Shown: positions 1 to 12,950 of the stretch, piece after piece | How the letters are laid out: each line of letters opens with the position of its first letter | Numbering within the stretch: position 1 is the first letter of the stretch | Notes under the pieces: generated by a model | Told to the model about the DNA's origin: nothing | The model's input: only the letters and a program-made list of their open reading frames with translations | Database searches by the model: none | Assembly: GCA_028534125.1 (NCBI GenBank) | Contig: CM052817.1 | Coordinates: 51,896,001 to 51,960,000, forward strand | Length of the DNA: 64,000 nt | DNA from: Lama glama | Taxonomy: Eukaryota | Direction of reading: 5' to 3' | Made by a program: the position numbers and the translations under genes

Positions 1-1350
1 TTATGTGGGAACAATACCCCTCATATTCACTTTTAGCACATCATATTTGTCATGATTTGTTTAAGGTATGCTATCCCTAATAGTCTGGAGACTCCACAAA
101 GGCACAGTCTATAACTAACTGTCCACTAATGTATCCTCAGCCCACGGTATGGTTCTTGGAAAAGAGAAAGTACTTGATAGCTACTTACTACATGCTGACT
201 GATTAACTACAAATTGAAGACAAAACCACATACTTTGCACTTTAACCAGATGATTCTACCTTTTTGTGCAGATTAACTCTGGATGGGAAAAGGATGGGGG
301 GAAGAGTGTTTCACCTCATTAGATAAAAATACGTATTCGAGTCTCTGTAATCAGAACAATGTGACACTTCTGCCAAGATAAATGACCAGTGAATGAGATG
401 AATGGAACTAAACATACCTAGTACGACTTAATATACATCACATTTTAGTTATAAGGTTTGTTAAAATTTCACATCAAAGAAGAAAGAGTGGATTATTAAA
501 AACCAATGTTGGAACAACTTCCTTTTTGAGGAAAGATTTTAAATGTCTATTTGTAGTATCAAAATAAATCCGTTTTCAAATAAAAGAATACATTTCAGGT
601 AGAATACAATTTTAACTGTGAAAAAATTAAACGATTAAGATACCAGGAAAAAAATGTTTGGAGATAATCAAATAATCTTGGAGATAGGAAAGCTCTTTCT
701 AAGAAGGGTCATGGTGTTGTTTGACTTCAGGAAACCGGTTACCATTAAGTAATTGGTGTCATCTTCCCCAAATACTTTGTGAATGGTGTTTTTTGGAAGG
801 CAGCTCTGCAGTCTTTATTCTAAGGTATCAGAGAAACCAGAGACAAATCATGACTATCTTTTATTGTAATAACTTTTTATAATTGAGATTGCAGAACTTT
901 AAGTAAGCTTTCTTGAAATGCTACTCATGAATTGGGAACATTATTTGATTTATATATTATACCCTTAAAATATTCAAATTATATAAAGAGCTCTTAAATA
1001 TCAATGCAAACACACATATGTAATATCTATTTATCTATCTATATATCTATCTCACTTTGAAAAAAGGGTCAAATATTTTATTAAACATTTCACTAGAAAA
1101 TAAACACATAGCCAATTAAGACATAGTTCTATACTGTGAAGTAAAATGAGATATTTGTTGTTTATTACATTGTAAAATGTTTGTTTCAAAAATTCTAATA
1201 TATCAGTAACGAAATATGAATGAATAATTGCAAATCTCTACAACAATGAATGTACGGATTTCCTTTTTTCACATTTTGTGAAAGAGTAAAAATTGCAAAA
1301 CAAATTAGATGTTCAATAATAAGATTCAAATAATAATACAATCTCATATA

Positions 1351-3665
1351 CCATGATCAAGTGGGAGTTACTTCAGGGATGCAAGGGTGGCTCACACCTG
1401 CAAGTCAGCGTGATAGATCACATTAACAACCTGAAGAGTAAAAATCCCACGATAATCTCAATAGAGGCAGAACAAATTTTTGACAAAATTCAACACCAAT
1501 TTATGATAAAAACTCTCAACAAAGTGCATACAGAGGGGAGTACCTCAACGTAACAAAGACCATGTATGACAAGCCCACAGCTAACATGATACTCAATGGT
1601 GAAAAACTGAAAGCATTTCCTCTAAGAAGAGGAACAAGACAAGGATGCCCATGCTGACACCTTTTATACAACACAGTATTGGAAATCATAGCCAAAGCAA
1701 TTCAGGCAAGAAAAGTAAAAAATAATCATGAAAAATGGAAAAGAAGGAGTAAAACTGTTACTATTTGCAGATGACATGATACTGTATATAGAAAACCCTA
1801 AAAAAAAATCCACCAAAAAAAATCTGTCAGAACTAGTATCAGTAAAGTTTCAGGATACAAAATGAATATACAGAAATTTATTGTGTTTCTATGCATTAAT
1901 AAATAACTATTAGAAAGATAAATTAAGAAAACAATTCCACTTACAGTTGAACTAAAAAAGAATAAAATAACTAGGAATGAATTTAACCAGGGAAGTGAAA
2001 GTCCTGTACCCTGAAAACTATGACACTATTGAAAGAAATTGAAGACAACACCCATAAATGGAAAGATATTCCATACTTATGCATTGGAAGAATTAATGTT
2101 GTTAAAATGTCCATACTATCCAAAGCAATCAATAGATTTAATGCAATCCCTATCAAAATTCCAGTAGCATTCTTCATAGAAATAGGACAATTTTAAAATT
2201 CGTATAAAGCTACAAAAGATCTCAAACAGTCAAAGCAATCTTAAAAAAGAACAGAGCTGAAGGCATCACATATTCTGATCACAAACTATATTACAAAGCT
2301 ATGGTAATTAAAATAGACACAAAGATCAATGGAGCAGAATAAAGAGCTCAGAAAGAAATCCATGCATATATGGTCAACTAACTTATGACAAAGGAGCTAA
2401 AAATGTACAATAGGGAAAGAATAGTCTTTTCAATAAAAGGTTCTGAGAAAATTGGACAGCCACATGTAAAAGAATGAAAGTGGACCACTATCTTACTCTA
2501 CATACAAAAATTAATCCAAAATAGATTAACTACTTGACAATAAGACCTGACATCATTAAATTACTAGAAGAAAACTTAAGTGGTAAACCTTCTGACGTAG
2601 GTCCTGGTGATCATTTTTCAAATCTGACATCAAAAGGCAACACAAGTAAAAATAAACAAATGGGACTTCTTCAGTATCAGAGGTTATGCACAGCAAAGGA
2701 AACCATCAACAAAATAAAAAGGTAACTCACTAAATGGCAAAACATGTTTGCAAATCATGTATCTGATAAGGGGATAATATCCAAAATATATTAAAAAAAA
2801 ACTTACACAGTTCAATAGCCAAAAAACAACATGCTTAAAAAATTATCAGAAGATCTGGATATAAATTTTTCCAAAGAAGACATACAGATGACCAACAGAC
2901 ACATGAAAAGATGCTCTATGTCATTAATCATTAGGGAAATGCACATCAAAACCACAGTGAGATATCACCTCACACCTCTTAGAATGGCTATCAAAATTCT
3001 AGAAATAACAAATGTTGCGAATATATGGAGAAAAGGAAAATCTTATGCATTGTTGGTGGGAACTTAAACTGGTGCAGCCACTATGGGAAATAATAAGAAG
3101 GTTTCTGAAAAATTAAAAACAGAACTACCATATGATAGTAAATACCTCTGGGTATTTACCTGAAGAAAATGAAAACAGTAATTTGAAAAGATAGCTGTAC
3201 CACCATGTTCACTTCAGCATTATTTGCAATAGCCAAGATGTGAAAACAGCCTAGGTGTCCATTCATGGATGAATGAGTAAAGAAGTTGTGGTATGTATGT
3301 ATGTGTGTATGTATGTATGTATGTGTGTGTGTATATCTATATATCTATATCTATATCAATATCTATATATATACAATGGAATATTATTCAGTCAAAATAA
3401 AGGATGAAGTCTTGCCTTTTGTGACATGAATGGACTTCATGGGCATTATGGTTAATGAAATAAGTCAGACAAAGAAAGACAAATGTCGTATGATCTCTCT
3501 CATACGTGAAATCTAAAACATAATAAACAAACAAACAAGCTCATAGATACAAGGAACAACTTGGTGGTTGCCAGAGGTGGGTGTGTAGGGTGGTGGAGGG
3601 TGGGCAAAATGGGCAAACTGTTATTGTACTTATTTTTAAGTTTAAATAAATTGAACTTTTAAAAA
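1351..3665 (+). mobile_element. 5'-truncated LINE-1 (ORF2 RT and C-terminal region plus 3' UTR), degenerate
   Basis: Begins with catgatcaagtggga (HDQVG). RT motif LFADDMILYIENP at about 1761-1799. ORF fragments INHINNLKSKN-like and [25 protein letters not shown] match L1 ORF2. Typical L1MA-like 3' UTR. Multiple frameshifts and stops. Confidence 0.95.
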
Positions 3666-3675
3666 AGTAAATGTA

Positions 3676-3700
3676 ATGAATGAATGAATGAATGAATGAA

Positions 3701-3731
<31 letters not shown>

Positions 3732-3732
3732 A
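3676..3732 (+). repeat. Compound (GAAT)n(TAAA)n microsatellite next to the L1 3' end
   Basis: Directly visible. Confidence 0.9.
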
Positions 3733-3861
3733 GTGGTCTCCCTTTCCCCCCAGGATTCTTCATCACATATAGCTGTAGAGGTTTTACCAACAAGGAAAGG
3801 AGGAAGGCTAGAAAGAACCCTGAGGTATTAGACTGAAATTAGAAATATTGGTATAAACTTG

Positions 3862-4052
3862 TTATATATATATGTGTGTGTGTTTGTCTCTGTGCGTGTG
3901 TATATACACAGAGTTAGATATAAAAACTGCTATAGACACATGTATGTGTGAATGTGTTTATATATGCATATTTATGTATAATATGTATATGCATGTCTGT
4001 GTGTACATACATATATGTGTGTGTGTGTGTGTATGCACGGATATACATATAC
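3862..4052. repeat. Degenerate (TA)n/(TG)n low-complexity tract
   Basis: Directly visible alternating purine-pyrimidine runs. Confidence 0.85.
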
Positions 4053-4173
4053 ATTTTTCTGATCACTGGGGTGTCATTTCTGGAAACCAGAGTCATTTTA
4101 GATTAAAATAACAATAACTACAACAAAAACAAGAGTATCACTTTTTGAGAAGACTGGAACAAATACCAAGTCA

Positions 4174-4292
4174 TATGAAAGTATTTTTCATATTTTTTCC
4201 CTGAAGTATAATTGATTTACTTATTTATGAATTTATTTACAAAACAGAAACAGACTCACAGACATAGAAAACAAACTTATGAAAGTATTTTT
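4174..4292 (-). mobile_element. Very short L1 3' fragment with 5' inversion and a 15-bp TSD
   Basis: TSD tatgaaagtattttt at 4174-4188 and 4278-4292. The inside holds an antisense L1 terminus (tgaagtataattgatttac) followed by a sense L1 3' UTR piece (atttacaaaacagaaacagactcacagacatagaaaacaaac). Confidence 0.75.
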
Positions 4293-5374
4293 TAATGGAT
4301 AAAATATATATTTCTTCCACTTGGCATTTAAAATAAAACATAAGTTAGCTTTGGGTGACATTTATTCTACTTATAAACTGCTATTATTTTAAATTATGTG
4401 TTAATATTTATTATTTAAGTCCTGTTTTATAAATTTGTTTTTTGCTGTCACATCTGAGAAACCTTTTTTTTTGTCAGTGAAAACCAGCAATAGCAGTTTG
4501 TAAGCCTTAATGCAAAAGAAAGAACAGAACTTCTGAAACACTCAGTTGCCAGGAAAAAAAAATCCTTTGACATATTTGCATTTTCTTTGCCATCTATCAA
4601 CAACAGTACAATGAATGAAAACACAAAACTTTATTAGCTACTTAGGAAAATTACTTGTTTATAGAAAGCCTGTAATTGGATCCTAAATATATTAGTGTCT
4701 GAGAGTCTTTTGAAGCAATTTTCATGATGCAGGAAGATAGTCTAGTAATTTGAAACTTCAATTTTGTTTGAGGACTTCAAATGTGCCAAATGTCATATAA
4801 AATCATAGAAATTGTTGAATTATGGCCAATTTGTTGCCTTATCTTGGGATTTCAAATGACATTTTTCTTTTAAGTAAGAATAATGGGAGGGAGTTCCGTT
4901 TGACCTGAGCCAAGGCATCATTTTAAACAAGCACATGCTGTCATCTTGCATGCAGAGTCTTCCTTGAAATAACACATTGTGTGGAATATATTGAAGGGAG
5001 ATCTAAAACATAGTTGTTTATCAGGGCTTCTAATTGTGAGGCTCTTTGAAGTCTTGAGGACAGCAATTTGTTTCCAGTGGGTCTAGGGGTGCAAAGGGTG
5101 GGATACCATCTCACTAGTATTTCTTTTCTTTCAGAGGAACCATTATGTAAAAGATTAAAAACAGGTTTCTCTGTAAGAGTCAAGGTTGAAACTGAAATAA
5201 AACAGATGCTTCTTATTGATAGGACAAACATTTGAGTCTTTTAGGAAGGGTGTAGTTTGTTCTACAAGTTCTGGATATACTTTTGGATAAAAGGTATTAT
5301 TTTTATTAAAAATTGTGTTTTAATAATATGAAAGATACTATCTGTTGATACACTCAATAGCCATGCTCTCATGC

Positions 5375-5810
5375 TCCATCTTGGATGGAAGACTTCTTTC
5401 CAAAAACTCTAGGATCTGAAAATCCACACACTTTTCCAGACATTCTTGCTCCTAAGGCTAGTTATGTAATCCAGTCTTACCCAATGGGATCTGAGAAGTC
5501 TTTTGAGAAATTTTCCTCCACATTAAAAATGAGTGAAAGACATTCTGTCTCTTCATTGCTTGATGTCTGCACATGAAGCCTGGAGCTGAGTTCAATTTGT
5601 GACCATGAAAAGAGAGACATCATGGAAGCTATGGATGATGCAGGGGAGAGATGACAACTGCCACCACTATTAGCTACTTCATTAAGCTACAAACATCAAT
5701 GTTGGAATTACGTTACCATTATTCTTTTTACATTGTGAGATAATAATTCCTCTAAGTTTTACTTGATTTTAGAAGGAGACTGATACTTGTAGCCACACAT
5801 ATCCTAACCA
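5375..5810 (+). mobile_element. Old MaLR LTR (MLT1-type)
   Basis: MLT1-like motifs (gcctggagctg, gtgagataataa, acttgtagcc...atcctaac end). Confidence 0.55.
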
Positions 5811-5846
5811 AAGCCTACACAATACATTTTGGTAACCTAAGAATAG

Positions 5847-6388
5847 GTGTGATGGATATACTCTAGGGGGATCACCAATGAATCATGCCCTTTTATAATT
5901 TCCTACCTTTGAGTGTGGGCAAATGTGTAAATTGTTTCTGACCAGTAGAGTACGGGAAGGTGATGGGTTAGTCACTCCCTAGATTGGTTATATCATGTGA
6001 GATGCTGTTTTAGCAGATCAGAGTGAGATTCTCCTACTGGCCTTGAATAAATAAGCTGCATGTCGTAAGAGAGCCACACAGCAAAGAACTGAAGATAGCT
6101 CTTATGAGCTGAGAGGACCCAGCTGACAGAAAAAAGAGGGGAGCTTCAGTCCTTCAACTATCAACTATAAGAAACTGAATTCTACCAACAACTATTTGAG
6201 CTAGAAAGAGGATGCTGAGCTGCAGAAAGAACAGAGCACAGCTGACACCTTGACTGCAGTCTTATAAGGCCCTGAGCCAAGTCACTTTCAGATTCCTGAC
6301 CTATGGATATAGTGAGGTAATAAACATATGCTATTTTATGCCTCTAACCGTTTGGTAATTTGTTATGCAGCAATTGCTAACTAATACT
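5847..6388 (+). mobile_element. MaLR LTR (MLT1E/F/G-like)
   Basis: Starts tgtgatgg. Contains ctttgagtgtgggc and gctgacaccttgactgcag. Ends tttggtaatttgttatgcagcaat...ctaatac. Confidence 0.8.
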
Positions 6389-9069
6389 TCAAGTCACCAA
6401 TACTTGCTTTGATAGGTAATTTCACAACTCAAATTCACCAAGTCTAAAATTGAGGCCTCTGTATTTTGCAACCCAAGTATTAGTTACTGCTTATGATTTC
6501 TAATTTTTATATATTTTATCCTTTTACAGCCAGTTATGACATCCTCAGATGAAGTTTAAACCACAGATTAAGCAATATGCTGTTTCTTTACTGAAAGATG
6601 TCATTTTTGACCTGAAAAATTGGCCAAAATCTTTGTTTATGTTAAATATTAGCACCTGGCAATAGTATGGGAAAATGGACACTCATACTATGTCAGTGTC
6701 AGTGGATGTGATAAATTGTACAAACTCTTTAAAGGGTAATTTGGCAATATATTTTAAGGCTTTAAAATACTCTTATTCATTATCTCAATATGTTGCATAA
6801 TTCAAATCAACTGTCTAATCCAGTACCTAACACACTTCATCAAGTAGCACATGTCCAAAACAAAACAAGTTTGTCCATTTCAAACTTACTCCACCTCAGT
6901 GTTTATCATTTCAGTAAGTTGCTTCTATTCACCCAACTGTTCCAGTGGGACACTTTACTTTCCTCACTCTCCACATAATTCAAAATCAAGGGTTGTCAAT
7001 TCTACATCTGCCATTTCTACTCTCTAATCAGAGTGATCTTCTAATAACATGTTGTTGTTAGATATTAATAACTAGGTAATTATTTTGAGAAAATTCTTTA
7101 ACCGCTCATGGGTTATATGGAATACATGGGTTAAGAGGATCTCTTCACCTGGCCCGTTTCATGGCCATATTGTTGCTCTTTCTTTGACAATTCTGAGAAA
7201 ATAATAAGACATGGAATCTTAGATCTCAGAAGATGTTAGATATCAGCTAATCCTCTTGTTTCATAAATGAGAAAACAGAGTTCTGAATATTTGAATATGA
7301 TGCTGCCTCAAGTTATGTAGTGTTAGGGATAGATTTAGAACCCATGTTGTAGGATGTTGTTCAGATTTGAGTTCATTTTATCTTCTTCCTTAAACTAGGC
7401 AAATGATTTTAATGCATTGTGTAGTTTCAGTTTTATCATAAAACATACCATTTTAATGAATGGGAGAATCAAGGTACAGAACACTGGACATTTTCTCTAT
7501 TATTCTTTTCTCTTGAACTAAATCCCATGTACTTTCTTCAAAACAGATGTGAGTTTGAATTCTGACTCCATCACGTAATGATTGTGACTGAGAGAAGATT
7601 ACTCCTCCAATCTTCACTTTTATCATTGACTACACGTATGTAATAATTATACCTACTTCAAGGTTGTAATGAAATTGGACATTTTTCATGTTTTCATGTT
7701 AAAGAGAAAATGCTTTAACAGTCAGCTGTCATGTTGCTGCTCTTGCTGTTGTTCCTCTAACAGTAAATGGACAGTCACAAGGCATTTTCACCGATAAGCT
7801 AATTTGAAAATTAATACTATCACAAACTACATTGTAATTCTATTTAGTGGACTATTAGATATTTTTTGATATGAAATAGATCTATTTACAATTTCACTGT
7901 AATTGCAATGCAATTAAAATCCTTCTGAAAGAACACCCAGTCCTAGAAAATAATAACTAAAACAGTAGTTGGAGATAATTCTAGAGATAATTCTAGAGAT
8001 AAAGAATAAGAAATTCCACTAGAGCTTGTGGAAATATGATCTAAGCTGTACCTGAGAACAGTCTTTCCTATAATATATTATCTAGTCTTCATTAAATTAG
8101 TAGCCGTTCTGAGGAAAGAAAAAGATTTGTATAAGGTTTACATTGTATTCAGATTAATTTTTTGGACTGTGTGAAATTTTTTTCTTTCTGGTTCAGGAAT
8201 CCAGTTCTTCTGCTGATTGCATTAATTGTTTAGTTGATCTAATACATTTTTAAAGATAACTAAACATACTATATAGGATATGTATTAACTTTGGTCATCT
8301 AAATCTGGTATCATTATTTTCTGCCAATTTTTCACCTCTGTTGCTTTGAGCAGCATGGAACTACTTATAATCCACAGTGGTTCCTGGGTAATAAGAATGG
8401 TACTTTGAAATTCACTGATTAATAAAGTGAGTGCAGTAACTGCTGTGCCACACATGAAATGATTAAAAATAATTTAATTCTTACTCAATGATCTGTTGCT
8501 TTTCCCAAGATCATAAATAGTTGGCAGAATTTTAATTGCAGCTATATTATGTTGAATTATGTTCATACACTTAATTCTTGTTACATATCCAGAATATATG
8601 ACGTTCCACCTCTGTCAAAAGCCACAGTGATCATAATTTCCTTTTCATTCTTCACATTTTCCCTTATAAGAATCTAATCTAGAGAATCCCTTTGAAATTT
8701 GCTTAATATTTGATAAAGAAATTAATTGATGAAGATAGTTAAACTATTTTTCTCTTTCTTTAATTCTACATCTTATTCCTACATTTGCTCAAAATGCATC
8801 ATGTTGTGCATTTGTTAAGTCACAGGAATATGATACCTAGTTTTTACGACTTTCACTTTTATATCTCAAATGAAAATGTATTTAACAAATAATAATACTG
8901 TTCTTTTATGTCAATTACTTTATAAAATAGAGAGAAGGGGAAAACAAAAGGAATATAATGCATAGGGCCAATCCAAGTGAGGTCTACATCCCGATGAAAA
9001 TTATATTAGGTTGTTCAGTGTCTTCATTCAAAATTATTTTACTGAGGCGAAATCAAGGCAGATAAACAT

Positions 9070-9280
9070 CCTGATAATAATAGTTCATACATTCCTATTT
9101 GAAAAGTACTTTCCACCATCCTTAATTCTTACAACTATATATGGTAGTATTCTCCTTTTATAGATGAAAAAATTGAAGCTAAGAGTTTTACTAAATTTGA
9201 CCGGAGTAACACAACGTATTAGTGTTTGGGCATAATGTTACCCATCCCTGCCTGACTGTAAAGCAGGTACTCTTTTAATG
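9070..9280. mobile_element. MIR SINE
   Basis: Core ttttatagatgaaaaaattgaagctaagag with flanking MIR-like sequence. Confidence 0.6.
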
Positions 9281-9989
9281 GCAACATGATTTTTCTTTCA
9301 AATACAAGCATTGACTACAAGAAGCAGAAAAACTAGGGACTGCAGAAACTTCTAGTGCTGAAAACATCTGGAGGAGAGAAAAATCCCTTGCTCTCAATTT
9401 TGTTTTTATTGATGGCAAAAGGGCTTCTGAGATTGTGTTAGGAAAATAAGTTACAGGGTTTTGTTTGTTTGCATTTCTTTTAAGCCACCATCAAATAAAA
9501 CACACATATTAATGTGTGCATGCACACAGACACACACACATTATTCTCCCGTAATTTAGAATACTCATCTTTTACACTTTTTATAGCTTCATAAATTTGA
9601 CAAAACTTCAGAATTCCAGGTGTGAGGTTTACAATGTGGTATGGAAAACTCTTTTGTAAGGATGAAAGTAAAAATACTAATCATTATTATTATATTTTTC
9701 TGGCTACAATCTATACCTTGGCCTTTGCATATGCTCTTTCGTCTAATGAAATTTCATTCTCTTCAATCACAGACCTTCAACTAAAAAACAAAAAAGTACC
9801 CCACACTTTACCATATATCAGAGTTACTTAAAATACATTTGTGCTTATCTGTTATCCCTACTGTACTGGAAGTTCCTTAAGAGCAGAGATTATTTCCAGT
9901 GCCTAACATGGTCCCTAAGCATAGTGTTTAAAGCATATTAGCTAGATGAAAGACTACTGAATAAATAATATTAAATACTTAAACTTTTG

Positions 9990-10079
9990 ACTAAAAACTA
10001 GCATCTGTGCACTAAAAACTAGCATCTGATTTTCAGGTAGTCATGCACTAAAAACTAGCATCTGATTTTCAGGTAGTCA
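9990..10079. repeat. Tandem duplication: two perfect 36-bp units plus a preceding 18-bp partial copy
   Basis: tgcactaaaaactagcatctgattttcaggtagtca at 10008-10043 and 10044-10079; actaaaaactagcatctg at 9990-10007. Confidence 0.95.
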
Positions 10080-10191
10080 TAAGTACACTGTCTGGAGGCA
10101 ACACAAACAAAAGGAAACAAGAAAACATAATTTTGTGAGCAGGAACAATGTTAGTTCACAAACTTAGGAGCTTCTGGGTGAAATCTGAAAC

Positions 10192-10560
10192 TGATGTCTG
10201 TATATGGAAGACAACAAGAGACCCAAGAAGGCAGACCACTGCACATTGGTAGGTGGTAGGTTTAATAAGCAAGAGACTTTACATAGGAAGCTTGTCTCGG
10301 GTGGCCGCAAGACCAGCAGATCTCTACACCTGCCCCCCGGAATCTTAAGTGTTTATATAGAGGCCTTAACTGGGTTCATTCAAGCATACCATCCATATGG
10401 TCTCAACAACACTGTCTCAGGCTTGAGACAGGTATTAGTGTGGGGAAGACAGGTGAAACACACAATCCAAGGACAGGGAAGGGGTGAGGAGCCTATGACT
10501 GTCAGGGTCCAGCTCACAGATCCACAAGTGGTCGTGTCCTCTCCGTGACCTCCTCTGACA
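10192..10560 (-). mobile_element. Solo ERV LTR
   Basis: TG...CA ends. GC-richer than its flanks. On the minus strand a TATA box (tttatata at about 10352) lies upstream of ATTAAA (10261-10266). No clear TSD. Confidence 0.65.
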
Positions 10561-10763
10561 AAGAAGAACAAAAAATGACTCAGTGATTATCAGAAAAATA
10601 GAATGCTCATTTTACCCTAACCCACACAAGTGTCAACAAAGTCAGGATGGGGCCTATCATATAAGATTGAGAAATGTCTTCAAAGCTACTAACTCAAAAA
10701 CAATTGAATACAATGAAATTGACTACTGGATGCATAACATCAAAAGTAATCTCTTTGAGTCAT

Positions 10764-10769
10764 TTTATT
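10764..10769 (-). promoter_or_regulatory. Candidate polyadenylation signal (AATAAA) for the minus-strand gene
   Basis: tttatt on the + strand, about 750 nt downstream of the putative stop codon. Hexamer match only. Confidence 0.3.
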
Positions 10770-11521
10770 CAAAAATAGTCAGAACAGCTAATAGTATAAT
10801 AAAAACCTGTTAGTGTCTATAAATATCCTTATTGATTCAGAAAGATAATATCTACAAAAGATATATTTTAATAAATTCATATTTTGGTTTAATGTTTTAC
10901 TAGTTCCTCCAGCTTGAGCGACTGCATAGACTGTTCTCAGCATTTTTACTTTAAATTGACGTGACTCCTATCCCCATCTCCACCATCCACAAAATTATAA
11001 AAATATAACTATTAAAGAGCTTAATCTAAATAGGAAATTCGGTGGGGGGTTATTTCTGATCTTGGAGAGCATCTAAGTAATGTAATTTGTGTTAATAATT
11101 CAACAGTTTGAAAAAATAGACTAAGCTCTTTCTTTCCCCCACTCTCTTTGTGCTTTTAAATAAACTTGCTTGCGTTGATCTTTTTCTTAACATTTCTTTG
11201 TTCCTATGACTCAACTGACTTCCTGCTCTTCTTCCAATAGTTTTCACTAGTGCAACATAAGACTGTCTACAGCTAATGGATAGATGATAAAGATTAGGAA
11301 GCAAGGAAGGGAACGGTAGATACTGCTATGAGGGAAAGCAAGAGTAGAAGTCAGATCCTCATTTCTATGGAAATGAAGTGTTGGAGGAAGTTTTCCTCCC
11401 TGCTGTTTCAGGATGGATGTTGGATCCATGGCAGTAATGCAGCAAAGGTCTGTTAAGAGACTCCGGGATTTTGGTTGGTGCCTTCTTTATGCTTAGCCGC
11501 ACAACTGGTGCAGGTGCATTT

Positions 11522-11563
11522 TCAGCCGTAATAACTAATAACATTCCCGGTGGAAACATTCAA
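11522..11563 (-). CDS. Coding part of the probable terminal exon (LNVSTGNVISYYG*) of the same gene
   Basis: Minus-strand acceptor tctgtctgttttactgcag| at 11564-11565. A phase-0 join to the 44482 donor gives 13 codons and TGA (11522-11524). No obvious donor follows. Downstream sequence is unique and UTR-like. An alternative frame (xECFHRECY*) is possible if an intervening exon was missed. Confidence 0.5.
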   Translation of the reverse strand: MNVSTGNVISYYG

Positions 11564-12199
11564 CTGCAGTAAAACAGACAGAAATCTATTATAAATGTGA
11601 GTGCAATGTCAATGTTTACAGAAGGAGGTCAAATAACAGAATTCTATTTGGTAAATGTCAGTCCTGTATGGGTAGAAAGCATTCACAATATTTGCATTCT
11701 TATTAGAATGATACGTGCAAACCCATAAATTTTTCATGGATTTACTTTTTTTAACTTCCATTTTTCCTCTCTCACTAGAAATTACTTTTCTTGTCATTTC
11801 TCTGAGTCTCAAAGTTTCCTCCGTTGCTTCTGTGCTTTCCAGTATTTCAGGGTCTGTGTTGAGCTACTGGACTTGTACAACATCCAGATCAACCACAACT
11901 TACTGGACATACTGGATGCTTACATTCAGATGTGAATCTTAGCACTGAAAGCTTTCTTTAATGTCAATCCACTCAAAAGCGTATCAGATCTTTACTTGGT
12001 CACATTAAATTAACCCTTGATGTTTGCATTGACTCATTTATTTCCCATAGACATTGAATAGTGAGATGAACCAGATCAACTGTGTGTGACCACAACTGTT
12101 GTTTTTTCTTTTTAACATAGGCAAAACCCCCCCAAACCATTTGCTTTATAGTGAGGGATACATAAATACCTAGAAATACATTTCAAAAAAATGTATTTA

Positions 12200-12950
12200 A
12201 AAATCAGGGAAATGCAAATTAAAATCACAATGAGACTCACCTCACACCAGTCAGAATCAAAGAGACAAGAAACAACAAGTATTGGCAAGGATATGGAGAA
12301 AAGGGAACCCTTGTACACTGTTGGTAGGAATGTAAACTGGTGCAGCCACTGTGGAAAATTGTATGGAGGTTTCTCAAAAAACTAAAAATAGTACTACTAT
12401 ATGACCCAGCAGTTTCACTCCTAGGTATATATCTGAAAAAACAAAACACTAATTCAAAAAGATACATTCACCCTAATGTTCACAGCAGCATTATTTCCAA
12501 TTGCCAAGATATGGAAGCAACCTAAGTGTCCATCTACACATGAATGGATAAAGAAGATGTGGTATACTTACATAATGAAATACTACTCAGTCATAAAAAA
12601 ACAAAAGTTTGCCATTTGCAGCAACATGGATGGACTTGGAGGGTATTATACTAAGTGAAATGAGTCAGACAGAGAAAAACAAACACTGTATGATATCACT
12701 TATATATGAAATATAAAAAACACAGCAAACTGGTGAATATAACAAAAAAGAAACAAACTCCCAGATATAAAGAACTAGTGGTTACCAGTGGGGAGAGGGA
12801 GAGGAGGGGCAATATAGGGATGCAGGAGTGGGAAGTACAAACTGTTAGTGTAAGAAAGGCTACAAGGATGTATTGTACCACATGGGGAACATAGCCAGTA
12901 TTTTGTAATAAATGTAAGTGGACTGTAACCTTTAAAGATTGTAATAAAAA
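12200..12950 (+). mobile_element. L1 3' fragment (ORF2 C-terminus plus 3' UTR)
   Basis: [22 protein letters not shown] and [17 protein letters not shown] are L1 ORF2 C-terminal motifs. The 3' UTR ends in aataaaaa. Confidence 0.93.

Noticed and set aside
3872..4111. Cys/Val-rich ORFs
   Set aside because: They are translations of TA/TG dinucleotide repeats.
7972..8002. 12-bp tandem repeat (gagataattcta) and similar short duplications, e.g. 60802-60835
   Set aside because: These are ordinary slippage-scale duplications.
9990..10079. 36-bp direct repeats as a CRISPR-like array
   Set aside because: The units are directly adjacent with no spacers, there are no cas genes, and the context is mammalian.
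10204..10548. 114-aa ORF
   Set aside because: It lies antisense within a solo LTR and has no recognisable protein features.
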